64,000 nt of DNA from Raillietiella orientalis. Its lineage: Eukaryota. Of this stretch, positions 26,031-37,999 are shown in pieces. The stretch spans positions 1,674,001 to 1,738,000 of the forward strand of contig JAYWIR010000032.1 in the NCBI GenBank assembly GCA_036172245.1. The letters are read 5' to 3'. The stretch's first letter is position 1; each line of letters starts with the position of its first letter. The notes under the pieces are model-generated. The model was not told the DNA's origin. It saw nothing but the letters and a program-made list of their open reading frames with translations, and did no database searches. The translations under genes and the position numbers were made by a program.

Positions 26031-27562
26031 GTTATCACCCGGTAGCGCCGGGGCGTTTATTGTAAAGAAAAAAATAATAATAGACAGAGGCGTAGGGCCA
26101 TCGACCTTGCGACGTCCAAAAATGTTCAGAACTTGCCGAGTAACCGGCCGTCGAGGTTTGCCTCGGCAGTGGAGGTGCAAACAGAAGAAAAAAAAAAAAA
26201 TTGGGGACGGTTCGCGATCACCGGGTGCTGGAGGGCGTCCTCTGCATCCTTTTTAGGATGCGTAAGTTTCCACCCGAGTGTGCCCCAGGTGCTGACGTCC
26301 TCAGGAAGCGCAGGGCGAAGCAGATGGCGTCCCTATCGTGCCGTCCTCCTCTCGCGTAGCTCCAGGCCGCCACAATCCCGCGCAGGCAGCAAAGAGCTGC
26401 TGGGATGCGTCAGGCGGAAGGGCGTCGCGTACGAAGAGGCGCTCCGTCTCATCCCCGGGATCGTCCGTTGGTGCGCCAAGGGCTGCGACCACAAGGGCCA
26501 GAGGGCAGACAGCCTGCGAGTAGTCGCGGGAGCTGGGATTCCCGTTCCCCGCGGCACCTGCAGCAGTTTGGGTCCGCAGCTCCCCGGGTCTAGTGAGACC
26601 GGCGGAGAAGAGGGGGGGGGGGGAAACTGGCATCCACGAAACTTCCTCCAGGAAACCACCAGGAAGGTCCCGTCCGCATCAATCCGAACGATCAGGCCCG
26701 CCATCTTTTCTTTTTTGTCTTTTTCTCTTCTCTGTTCCGCGCCAACCCCTCTCCTTCCTGCGGCGGGGTGGAGGACGGCTACTCATGTACAGAGAGCGAG
26801 AAGGGAATGGGTGGCGAGCTTTGCAGCATCCGCGGGAACAAGAGGGGTGCGCCCCGCCGCAGTGCCTGCTCAACCTCCGAGGGTATCCGTGGAGGACGCC
26901 TTCGTTTGCGGTGCATCTTCCTCCCGCGGACGCCGGTCGAAAGCTGTTCCGGAGCACGCCGTCGCGTATCGTGCCTCTGCGGGCCTCTGAAAACGCCGCC
27001 GCACGTGGCCGCCGATGTAGGGGTGGGGGGTTTCGGCGTGGCTCTTGTCCTGGGTCTCCGGCTTACCTCTGAAGCAGCTCAGGATGCGGCCGCCAGCAGG
27101 ATCCTCCACCCCCAGATGCGCAGAAGCTCCCAGTAAACTAAAAAAAAAAAAAAAAAAAAGTCGTGTAGATGGCGCTGACGTCGTTTTCGTCGGCTGTCAG
27201 AAGGGAAGAGGGAACGCTGGTCTGCTCGCGGACCGGCGCGCGCACCTCCGTGAACCAGAAGGGATGGAATGTGCGAGGGAGGCAGCCGCCGATAATCCAC
27301 AAGGGAGACTTCCTACGTTTCGGGTTGCACGCCCAAGCAACCAGCCAACCACTCGCGCGAAGAACTCATCTCGATGGTTGCCGACTTGCCCGGCTGCGAC
27401 CGATGCGGAGCGTGGAGGTCAGCGGAGGCGGTGCTTTTCGGGTTTCGTCGGCGCCGCGCTGGTCTCTGCTCGTTCGGATTGATGGCGGACGGGACCTTCC
27501 TGGTGGTTTCCTGGAGGAAGGTTCGCGGATGCCAGTCCCCCCCCCCCCTCTCTTCCCCGGTC
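26031..27562 (-). mobile_element. 5'-inverted LINE copy: 3' segment on the minus strand (26691 to 26031), upstream segment inverted on the plus strand (~26760 to 27562)
   Basis: Minus arm: PNCCRCRGERESQLPRLLAGC knuckle, DETERLFV, terminus AATAAACGCCCCGGCGCTACCGGGTGATAAC. Plus arm: LGLRLTSE and DPPPPDAQKL (~DLLPPDELQCL) at ~27097. About 95 bp duplicated in inverted orientation (26597-26691 and 27470-27562). Confidence 0.7.
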
Positions 27563-27599
27563 GAAAGCGCTGACTTCCGACGGGAAACCACGTCACGCT

Positions 27600-29900
27600 G
27601 TCACGACTGGCCTTCCAGCAGCCTTGGGCGCAGTTCCGCTGCGAGGTGACCACACTGACCGGGTTTTCGCGCCTCAGCCTCCATTCCTCAGGCTCCATAG
27701 CTTCGGCGGAGGTCCGAGGAAAGTTCTTTGCCGAGAATTTTGCGGAAGTGTTCCCGGAGTCTGGCTTTCCTGCGACTGCTGTCAAACTTCATCCGGTCGT
27801 TTGCATCCGCTCCGGCCTCCCTTCGCCTCCGCCGTGACGGATGAGTTCTGCCGGTCGGTGAGGCCGGCCCGTCTTGAATCTGAGGTGTTTGCCGGATGGC
27901 GTCTACGGAGAGGAAAGCAGGCCGGCTCTGTGTTCCGCATGTGTGGCTGCTTGAGGATTCACAGCTCCGGAGCGTCCTGCAGAAAAAAAAAAAAAAAACC
28001 ATTCCATCGGAAAGATGCAGATGCCTATCATCTGAACGCTCTGTTTCTCTCTCTCTCCCTCTCTCTCTGCGTGTGAGCATGCCTCTTCCTTTTTCTAGTG
28101 CAAGTATTTGCACCGGAGAACAAGAAGAAACAACCCGCACGCCCACACTCAAAACTGCGGTGCGGCTAAGGCGTGGAGATTCGTGGACGGCAACGCCAAC
28201 TGCCACTTTTCGACGAACGCGGCCGTTCTGCGACAGAGGCGCCACATTTCGTTTTTAAGATTACGTACTGAACTCATTGGAATCATCGCGGTGCGCGTTT
28301 TCAACGAAGCAGGCAGGATCGGTTCGTGGATCATGCACAACACGACTTCTGCCTTCTCTTCTATCAGCGTTTGGAAGCTGCTGGAGGATGGTTCTGCCTT
28401 CGCTAACCTGAAGCACGCAGGCGCGATCTTTCTCGTGCAGTCTGAAAGCGGAGGTTCCGCCGTGGAGCATCACGACGTCACATTGAGAGATGGCATGACT
28501 TGGATTTCGGTAAAGCAGGACCGCGAAGTTCTGTATCCGACCGAGAGTGGCGATTTTTCTCTGCCACGCCGTTGTCCCGGAGACGGAGTGCGGTCTGGAC
28601 CGATGCTGTTTTTCTCTCCGGAGCGTGTCGCCCTGCGCCTCGAAGGTACTCAAAACAAACAAAGAAATGGGAAGCATTCGTGGCGAAGTGTTCCACTGGT
28701 CGCCCCATGGACGCTCGCTGCGTGTCGGAACACAGCAGACGCGCAGACGGGATCTGAACGATGCTGAGCAACACGAAGCACACTTCCACGAAGCACGAAT
28801 CTTATCCAGGAATTGATTTACGGTGATTTGAATGACCGCTACTCCGTTTGTATGAATTGATGTGTGGCCAGCAGACCGCAAAGGATGTCGTCAGCATCGT
28901 ATGCATCGGTCTGCAACACTTGCTGTACTCTACATTAGTATCACTCTGGTCCCTGTTCTGAAGCATTATTCTTTCGTCTTTTACTGCATCTTTTTTGAGA
29001 TTCTTCTGTAAGTCTCTCCTACTGACTGTTTGCGTATGCGATTCCACAGCGACCTATGGAGCGCCATGGCGAGTCAGTTCTTCCACCGAGATGAAGATCA
29101 AAGATGAAATCTGAAGCGAAGGTCGACGGTCGGTTCGAAGCTGAAGATGCAAAGCTGCCAAAGGAGGAACCCCGGTGCTAGAACGAGGTTGCCGGATTCG
29201 CGGCAGCGTCTTCGCCTTCTTTCGCCCAGCATCGTTCTTGATCTCTCTCCCGTCTTCAGTCGGCTGGGAAGATGCGCTCTCGAGACCGACTGAGCACAGG
29301 AGGAGGAGGAGGCTACGTGTTCGCGGGCAAATGCTCCAGGACGATTGGGCAGAGAGTTCAAACATAGAAGCTGCAAGATTATAATTAGCTTTCCGTATTT
29401 GATGAGCGTTCGTTGAATTCCGTGGCCGCGGACGATCTCCATTAAATGGCATTCAAATCTTGAAATGGGAAACCCGGGAATTCGGAAAGCACCCTTCAGT
29501 GTGCAAGCTTTACGAGTTTCATAAACCCTGCCAATCATTTTGCGAAGGTCCGGGGTCGAAGTTGCACACGTCGGCACCGGAAAGTGCCGGTAATGTGTGT
29601 GCGTGTATGTGTGTGTGTGTACATTACTCCCAGGTCGTCCCCAGGGTTATTGCAGCGCTTGTAAATTTTTCGATAGGGGTATTCGCCTTCCGCTCCGTTA
29701 AGAGCTTGGGGATGACTCCATCTGTCGGCGTCTTCCCGCCCGACGTGGGCGCCTTCCAGGAGAATGCACTCATATGCAGTCTCGAAGAGCACGTCTTTAA
29801 TGAGATATGAAACGTGAAGAATCGTATACTCTCGGGTTGAATCATCGAAGGAGGATATGGAACCCAGCTGACGTGGATTTACAGGGAATCCTTTTCATCT
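27600..29900 (-). mobile_element. Degraded hAT (ZBED-like) transposase
   Basis: Ordered remnants ESHT...RDQSDTNV (~HT...DNAxN), VCWPHIN (~CxAHxL), DQWNT..ML (~TRWNS), LSTFEA (~LxPFE), HDPRT (~LDPRF), and dimerisation-domain SAKNF...SVVTSQRN. Confidence 0.65.
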
Positions 29901-30289
29901 CGCCCCAGATTTTCCGGTCTGGATTTGTCAACCATGCGGTTTTGTATCTTGCACGGAGGCGGAACACTCTGTCTTGGACGATGCGTGGTGGTGGATGACG
30001 TCTCCCTCGCTACTGGTGCTGGAAGAGTTCCTTCCTTCGCAGCAACAAGCGGGCACGTTTTTCCCCTCCTTGGCACGCATACTGCCACAGGTTTCGTTTG
30101 CTCCCAGAACTCATCAGCTATCATCTGCAGAGATAGAAGAAGCGCCTACGGAGAGTTGTACAATCTCCATCTAAACGAAAAGAAAAATGGCACGGCCTCT
30201 ACGTTTTTTTTTTTTTTTTTTCGTCCTTCTCCTGTTTGCGTATGTGCGTTTAACTCTTCACCATTGGAAGACGAGATGAGTGCCGTAAT

Positions 30290-31400
30290 AGTAATCTAAG
30301 AGTCAGCCACCCTCTGCTGAGTGCTCACGGAACTCCGTGGCTTTCGAGTATCTCTCTGGAAAATTTTTCGCCACGGGATATTTCTAAATTCCGAACGGGA
30401 AGACGTCGGAACGGGGGTTCCCGTGCATTTTGGAGGAAGGAAGCTTGGAAAAGGTGGCAGTGGCGCGGGCTCTTGCATTGGTTGCTGGGGATGTCACGCA
30501 AGCAGCCGGTGTCGGCGAGATGGCATCATCAGCATTGTGGATAATTGTGGGGCGTATGTCTGCCTGTGACACGGCGGCCCGTAAACAAGGACTGTCCACC
30601 GCTGCGGTCGGGATTTACCGTGACCGAGCCACAGTGGTTCCTTCCTTTCTTTCTTTCCCCTTCCCATGTCGTCGAGGCTGCCGCAGCACCAAAAGCCCGT
30701 CTCAGATTTGTAAAGGCAGCTTCCGGGCCTGCCACGGATGGAACAATGTAGTTGTGAGTCAGTGACGTTGTGATCTCCAGGAATGCGATCTCGAGGAAAA
30801 TCCGGGTGCGCGCGGTTGAGCGCGCGCTCATTCCGTCGTTGGCGGTCAGCGAGACGCGCATTTGTTGACGTGGAAAACTCCTACCGCACCAACGAGGCGC
30901 AGCACATGTGGCACATTTTCCTGGCTGGGAAGGGGGGGGGGGGGAGAGACTTCGACGACGCCGAACGCTTGGCAGGTCGCAGCGGAAATGGCGCAACGGC
31001 TTTGCGTCTCGCCCTGCTCCCGCCCCATTTCGGTCTTCCGCTGCGCTGCCCATCTGCGTTGCGGTCAGATCGGGGCTGTGGATGAAGCTTCAGTTGGACT
31101 CGTAATAAGAAGTAGCTGCATTCGTGGAAGTCCTTGCTCGAACGGACGCGCGCGCCTACGCAGGGACGGTCTGTGCGAGTCACGGGGATGGGAGCAGCAA
31201 GATGTACGCTTCGGAACTGTGGACCGAGGGTAATCAAAGTTTTTCTCGAGATAACGAGAGGATCAGCTCAAAGGGTTCGCGGAGGTCTCGTGCCAACTGG
31301 TCCCTTCGGACGGCACCCTTAGCAGACGGCCGTACTGTAATTGAGGATGTCGAAGGGAGCAAAGGAGGTACACGTTTGTACTTGAGGACATGTGTATTGG
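30290..31400 (+). mobile_element. Degraded Ty3/Gypsy pol fragment (RT plus RNase H)
   Basis: Ordered remnants FLNSERED (~LNxxTxxD), ISIVDNCGAY (~STLDLxSGY), VSDVVIS (~YLDDV), QIGAV (~DASxxxIGAV), DGTLSRRPYC (~ADALSRRPC). Confidence 0.6.
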
Positions 31401-31938
31401 AGGCGACGCATGTACGATGTATTGCTGTCGTTGGCGGATTTTTCTGCGTGGTCCGGGTGGCGAGCAACCAATCGATTTTTTCACGTCTTCGGCGCAAACG
31501 TCAGTCACGAGTTGCCCGCCGTTGTTGGTGGTGGGAGATGATGGAAAGGCTGGGAAGGTCTACCGGCCTAGAACGTTCTGGAGATTTTCCGAGGTCTTCC
31601 TTGCGCGAACGGTGCCTGAACTCTCCCTGCTCCCCTCGTGCCCCTCTTTCCTGTTCTTCTCCGCCTTCATCTAGGATTCATGACTGCACTCCTGAGACCT
31701 TGAGGGAAGCGGCATCCAACCTCCGGCTGGTAGCCGACTTGTCCGTCCAGATCGGAAATCTCTGCCGAATCCCCATCTCGTTCCGGAACTTCTTCCTTCC
31801 CACTTCTCTTCGCTCTTGGTCTTCTAGAGGCATCCGTAGAGGTGAGGCCATCTATCTTTCTTCGTCGTTATCATTCGTAACGAGTGTGGCTGCCCAGTCG
31901 TGCGAGCTGCTGCTGGTAACGCAGCTGCTGCTCGTACG

Positions 31939-32510
31939 AGGATGCAGCGATCTCTTTTGGTACCTACCGCTCTTGGCGCGTGGCACCGAGCGTCGCGAGT
32001 GCGAATCCCGCCTGGAGAAGCACCGGCGCCGAGAAATCGGGGTGCATCGTCGGTTCGAGTCCCTCCCCCCCTGCCCTGCAAGATGATGCTGGCTGCCCGG
32101 TAGCTTCGGGCCGGGACTGGGAGTTCAACCCTCCGGGGTCCTTCCAGTGAATCAAGGGGTAGGTTCCCTCCGGGGTTTCCCCTCCGAAGAGTGAAGAAGA
32201 AACGGAGCAGCCCGTCCCCTGAGGGGGGTACCCTCCATCGAGTGCCATGGAGCCGGTGTGCAGAGAAGCGCGTTGCTCCCTTCGAGGTCTGTGGAGAAGA
32301 AATTGCAGGCGCGCGGATCGTTTTGGGTTCCCATCGGAGAGGGAATGTGAGGCGTCCCCCTGCGGAGAGAACAGAGAAAGGAAGAAGTGGCTCCTTTCGA
32401 AAGTCCTTCCTCCGGGGCCTTCCCGTATTTATGGGGTGGTCCCCGCGGGATCGCCCCCTGGAACTTGAAGAGTGAACACGCTCCCTCGGGATAGCGGGGG
32501 CAGCGTCAAA
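31939..32510 (+). mobile_element. tRNA-derived SINE (~0.57 kb)
   Basis: Direct repeat of 20721-21323. B-box-like AGTGCGAATCC plus GGTTCGAGTCCC at 32052. Ends CAGCGTCAAA. Confidence 0.75.
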
Positions 32511-32899
32511 TTTTCGTGATGACCCCCTAAGAATAGGCGGACGGTTCTTCAGCACTTAGCAAACCGCTTTTTGCTCATTGACACAGACAGATCGCCAGTC
32601 TTGCTTGCAGCCTTGTTTCGAGGTCTCATGCGCGCGGCGAGGAAGGAAGAAAACCGGGAAGATCCGCAGAGATTTCATCTCCTCCCTTTGTCTGCTAGGG
32701 ACGAGGGAATTTCTCCGCAAGGGTGGAGGGAGTTTTCATTTTTCTTCCCTCCCCCCGCCAGGCTGGACGACGTCGGCACTCGAGCCAGCTCCCTTCCCTC
32801 CCGGTTCGTCAGTTGGCCGGATAAAACCGCGCGCTGACGCGACGAAGAAGTCAGCTTGCTTTCGGAGAGGAAGACGGAGCAAGACTGACGCATGAGGCC

Positions 32900-35240
32900 A
32901 TGAAAACGCGAGTTATATGATAGTCGACGAGTGTGCACTTGGAAAGAACATTTGCATGGAGTAGCAGCAGCGGCAAGCGCAGTGTGGGCGTCCCGGCCGT
33001 TCCAGCGTGTTTTTCCCGCCGGGATGCTTGGCGCCGCGAACACCGTAAACATTTTCGCGTGACTTTCAGTGTCCCGGTCGCAGCGGAACTGCTGCTGAAT
33101 CGGGTCGTCGTGCCGCGAACGGCTTGCAACCGACACCCCAACACTACCACTCTTCTTGCGCATCCGCCGTGACGTTTGATTTTCTTTCGTCTCAGGAGGA
33201 AGGTCTACCGGAAAGTTGCATGACGGTCGCCGCATTTTTGAAGGACCTTCTCCTTCAAAGGTTTGCGTGCAGCAAGAAAACCGAAAGTGGAATTTCACAT
33301 CAGCATAACAAGCAAATTCCATCAAATTCCCAGCGGGCAGAGTCGCAGGGAAGAAGCCAGCCTCGTTTGAGTCCATTTATAAATTACTGCTCAGGGCTTC
33401 CAGAGCATGATTCGTTCGTACGTAAGGATGAGAAGCCATGGAATAACAGGACCAAAGATGTTCATCTCAACAGCCACCTGGAAAAAAACAAAAACAAATT
33501 CTGAATCTACCGATCGAGTCTCCGATGATGGAGAAGATTTGCAAACGCGACTGGCGGTCTCAGAGGAGCCGCCAAATACTGGCAGAAACTGCATCAAAAG
33601 AAAATTCTGTTGCGTTCGCCTGAGGTGACTCATTTTATAACGAACATCTGTGCGAGCTGGCTTTACCCATTTTTTTACTGACAACCCAAACCAGGAAAGA
33701 ACAGAAATATAGATGTCACTCATGCCCGTTAGACATATGTGGCATCTATCTTCCTTTTTGTTCGGCATGGATGGGTTTCAGTAGCATGGGTTCTTTGCCC
33801 TGGTTCCTTGGCTTCCTGTTGAAGCAGAGCAGGATGCACCATCCGCCAGTACCAGCATTCGTCGCCAGCAGTTTGGGCGGAACAGCATGGCTGGAGGAAT
33901 CCGATCTATGGAAGCTTCCAGGAGAATGCACAGTCTTCGGCTCTTCAAGAACCGAAGGCTCCAAACGTGGCGTGGCGTGCACGCTTAGGTCAAGTCTCAG
34001 CCACCCCTCACGGTTCCTCTGCAAAGCGAACAACCCACCAAGAAGTCCCTCCGGAGAGGAGAATGAAGTGATGGTAGGTTGGGAAAGAGTAGTCCGTGGA
34101 GGACTTGGGTCGACTTCGCCAAAACGAATTCTAATCCATCGGAAGGACTGCAGCGGACCTTTGTGGTTAGGTTCCGGGGTGAGAGCAGGGAATGTCGCAA
34201 GAAACTCACTGCAACTTCAGAAAGCGGCAGCTTCTTGGAAGGAGGGAAGGGGGGGGGGCATGCGGTACCTGATTCGCCATTCCTCCACAGCAATTTCCTT
34301 ACCCGAACCGCTGCGAAGCAGTGAGAAGAGAAAAAAAAAAAAAAAAAAAGAGGAGAGGGCGCGCCCTTTCTGTACGGGACCTTTGAACCGCGTTCCGTGA
34401 CTCAGCTGAGAATGTGATTCAAGGATTTAATCCTTTGCGTTTTCAGATCTGTTTATGTTTTTCTGATGGATTGAATTCCTATGAGGGCAGTGAATCGCGA
34501 TTTACGTGATGGCCTGTGCTTGTTTGTTTGTTCTTCGTCTTCTTTCAAACCGACTGTTGTTGAATGAAGCCATCATTCGATAATAGGAACTGTTAGATGA
34601 AGCTCGCTGTTGACGGCACAGTTCCGGAAGAAAAAAAAAAATAAATAAGCAGAGTTGCAACGGCTTGTGGGCGGTGAGGTAAATCGAGAATTCGCTTTTC
34701 TTCCCTGGTCACGGGGAGCTTTCGGGACACTCCAGATGAAAGTTTCTGCTAGACATGACTCTCCGGGATGCCATCTTGGCAGACACTTACTGCTCAGCAC
34801 CAAAGAGTGAGTCTGTTTTTTTATTTTCAGGGTCGCATTTTTCCTTTCCGTTCTGGAGTAAGCAACTGACCCATCCTGTGAGGTGCAAGAACTGCACGAC
34901 TCTGGAAATGGAGAAGGAAGTTTTCAGTATCTCGCACGAACATGAGTGAATCAACATGGTGGGTGTATCGGTTGTAACCTTGACTGTTTTGATAAGGTGC
35001 AAGGAGAACATACACTTCTGTAAATCCCCTTTCCGAATGACGCCAGCACGTTCAACGCCTGAACCGAGACGTGGTGCTTCAGACAGAATCGGGAATTTCG
35101 CACAGATTCACGATTTTTCTGGTGATTGCGAGAAAGAGTTTTCGATACTTTTGTCAGCTCGTCAAGCATCGAATGTAAAGTTCTTGGAAAGACCCGCGAG
35201 GAGATGGGGTGTGGAATGAGGCACACTGGGAGCACTGATT
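32900..35240 (-). mobile_element. Degraded THAP-domain transposase, Kolobok-like
   Basis: THAP-like PVCLIP...LHS...NSRFCLKH (35235 to 34950), then FVFF, YKWTQ..AGNL (~WxSQP..AGN) and RCD...HAKMFT (~GRCDSPGHSAKYxT). Confidence 0.5.
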
Positions 35241-35727
35241 TCGGGTCGGCGGCTCGCCGTTACACGCAGGACTCACGCCTGGTTTCCTGCTTCAAATTCC
35301 GTTCGCATTTGCACTGCACGTGTAAAATTTCAACTTTCGAGCTATCGACTTCATTGATGGGCAAATCAAATAGTACGCGTCAGTGTTTTGGACCCAAACA
35401 ACGGATGCTTGCTTCTGTTTTTTTGGTGTTTTTTTGATTTACCCTTCGGTACTTTAATTTTTTTTTCTTTTCCTTTCTGAAATCGAAGGACTGAGTTATT
35501 TATATCAAACCGATGCATTTGATACTTCCGCTCTCGAACGCAGTTTCCAGCTTCGGAGGCATACGTGACGTGTACGTAAGGGGGAGTCAATGCAAGCAGA
35601 CACGATGGTTTTCTGAACTGACTTGCGTGATGTGTCTGTGTTTTTCTTTTGTTCCTGCCCACCAGCAAAGCCGAGGCATGATCCCCTCCAAAGTGGGCGC
35701 CTTCAGAACGCAACCTTTTCCTCCGCG

Positions 35728-35955
35728 TTGCGCGCGAAGCTCCTGCTTTCACCCTTGCCATTGTTGCGCGCGTTTTCCCGCCATGTTTGCGCGCGAAGTT
35801 CCTGTTTTCGCCCTTGCCATTGTTGCGCGCGTTTTCCCGCCATGTTGCGCGCGAAGTTCCTGCTTTCGCCCTTGCCATTGTTGCGCGCGTTTTCCCGCCA
35901 TGTTTGCGCGCGAAGTTCCTGCTTTCGCCCTTGCCATTGTTGCGCGCGTTTTTCC
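35728..35955. repeat. Minisatellite, 58-59-bp unit, about 3.9 copies
   Basis: Unit TTGCGCGCGAAGTTCCTGCTTTCGCCCTTGCCATTGTTGCGCGCGTTTTCCCGCCATGT. Confidence 0.95.
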
Positions 35956-36549
35956 ACGCCGAGGATGATGGGATGCCGGGATTTCGGAAACGTTGTTTCG
36001 GAGCGCGCCAAACGCGCAACTTGCACAAACCCATCCGAGTGCGTTGGCGTCGGTGCTGCTGCTGGCTAATGCATTCGATCCGCAGTGGGAGACTTCAGGG
36101 GAGGAAGTACGGACGCAGGGGAACCATCCGCTGGGGAAAAAAAAAAAAAAAAACTCATCGGGGATCGCTTTCCTAAGCGTAGGCGTGGACGTCGAAGACA
36201 CGAGCAGCACGCGTACACTGTATCCTCTGTATCTCACGGTCCACCTTCGAAGCCGAGCGCACGAGCCGATTTCCGCGCATGCAGCGGAGTTCGTGCGTTT
36301 TCTTCGGCTGTTGCCCGCGCCGGATTCGTCACAGGAGAACGGGATTTTTGCAGAGAACAAGACAGCGTGTGGATCTCAGGATCGGTTCTTTTCGGGAAAA
36401 GCTCTGCCGTTGGTCACTCCGAGTCGCCTTTGCGACCGCGGGGATCCCTGCTAGAAATGCCCCGCTCGTAGTTCCTTAGGCGGGGGTCGTCCCCGCTTGC
36501 CATTATCACCTTCGGGGGGCATTCCTTCGTGCCTACGCTGCTTCGGAGA

Positions 36550-37200
36550 GGATGGACCGCTTAGCGCATGGGGTATGCCCGAGGGAGGAGGAGGGTGCGC
36601 GGAAGGCAAGGGCGATCGCCTGGCGGAGAGGCAAACGCAGTCGCGCAGGCGTCGTCGCCGAGGAGGACGGACGGCGGAGCGCCGGCATTCTTCGAGACGT
36701 TCGTAGCCTCGCCGCCGGACTTTTCTCTCGCCGGCGCCGCCTTCCCCTGTACCCGCGCGCGCGCCCTCCTGTGTGGCGGTCAGCGACCTGCGAGCGGGAG
36801 TCTCTCCCGGCCGCGAGAGGGAGACATGGAAGCCCTCGTGAGACCGGGAATGATCGCCCGCTGGTCGACCTCGGAGGGGAAGGATCGCTCGTGGTCGAAC
36901 GCCGCTGCTGATGTGGCGACGAGGACGGCGACCACCCGCCACCAGCAGCGAGCGTTCTCCGCGCGTTCATACTGGCCCCGGGAGAACTCCGCTGCTGGGT
37001 CGGCAGTGGAGCGCATGAAAGACCCTCTCTGCCGAGAAACTGCCAGCCCAACGACGAAGATCCGATTGTCCTCGCGTCTTCGAGCGACCCCCGGCGCGGG
37101 CGCGGGCGCTCTTGCGCACCGTGACCGCTGACCCAGAACCGGCCTGAGCTTCCGACATGCACCCACCCACGGACCCGTAGGAAAGGCCGCCGGAGACTCG
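36550..37200 (+). mobile_element. LINE RT N-terminal fragment
   Basis: SSPRRTDGGAPAFFETF (~KSPGxDGLPxEFY) then EGKD. Confidence 0.4.
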
Positions 37201-37990
37201 CCCTGCCGCCTCCGGCGCTTTACTCTCGCCTGAGGGGGAGACAACCCAGAGCGTTCCTTCCCCCGGGGGCCGCCTGCGTCTCCTCTGCAACTCCTTCAGC
37301 TCTCCTGTTGGAGCCTTTGGTGTTGCTGCTGTCGCTCAGGATGACCGCCGCTGTGGGTGCCGCTGTTGCTCCTTTTCCCGCCGCGCGGGTGGCAGGGGAA
37401 GGTTGAAAGGGAAGGGGGACGCGAGAGTTCCCGCGAGGGATGCTGCGATCTCCTGCCGGAGGGGCGACCGGGGCGTGTTTCCGCCTGGTTCGCCGCCGAG
37501 TGGTTGGGGCCGGGACTCGGGCAATGCAAGGGACCGTGGGTCCTCGGCAGCAGCGGTCCGGTTGTCGCCCTCGTGCCTAGCGGCAGCGGCGGCGGCGGCG
37601 GCGGCGGCAGCGGAGAGGCTGCTGGGGATGCGCGCCTCCTCCTCCTCCTCTCCGCGAGGTCGTCAACGCCACCGCCGCCGCCGCCGGGCGGCGCGAGCGC
37701 CGAGAGCGCCGCGCGGCGTCGAGAGGGGCAAAAAGCGCTGGTGAGCGCGCGTCTCAGACCAGTCCGCGAGGTGGGCGCAGACGATGCGTTTCTTGCGAGT
37801 TGCGTCGTGCGGGCTACGCGCTGCCCGCGGTGCTGTCGCCGAGGTGCCGCGTCCTCGTTTCCCGGTCCCGGCTTGAGCGTGATGGTGCTCCCGGCGCCGT
37901 GAGGGTCTTCCACGCAGCAACAGCATCAGCAGCATCAGATCTGCCACTCCGGTTTCGCCGCCTCCAGGCGTCGCGCCCGCCCGCCCGCCA

Positions 37991-37999
37991 ATGCCGCAG
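37991..37999 (+). CDS. Possible upstream mini coding segment (MPQ) of the galactosyltransferase gene
   Basis: gccaATGCCGCAG|GTAAAG donor at 38000. Splicing to the exon start at 38827 gives in-frame MPQ-TPLV-MKRYP. Plausible but unproven. Confidence 0.35.

Noticed and set aside
24495..26045. 516-aa ORF as a novel protein
   Set aside because: Arg/Gly/Pro-rich chance ORF in high-GC DNA with no real start or domain; partly overlaps RT remnants.
26597..27562. MITE with ~95-bp terminal inverted repeats
   Set aside because: The repeats are LINE ORF2 sequence and the interior is the upstream LINE segment; a LINE inversion explains it better.
20721..32510. Two ~0.5 kb direct repeats 11 kb apart read as LTRs of one retrotransposon
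   Set aside because: No TG...CA termini or PBS/PPT seen. A B-box head is present, more copies occur elsewhere in both orientations, and the interior is a mix of unrelated TEs.
37296..37913. Low-complexity ORFs with poly-Gly/Pro on either strand as a divergent gene
   Set aside because: Driven by GGC repeats and high GC; no domain or convincing splice structure.
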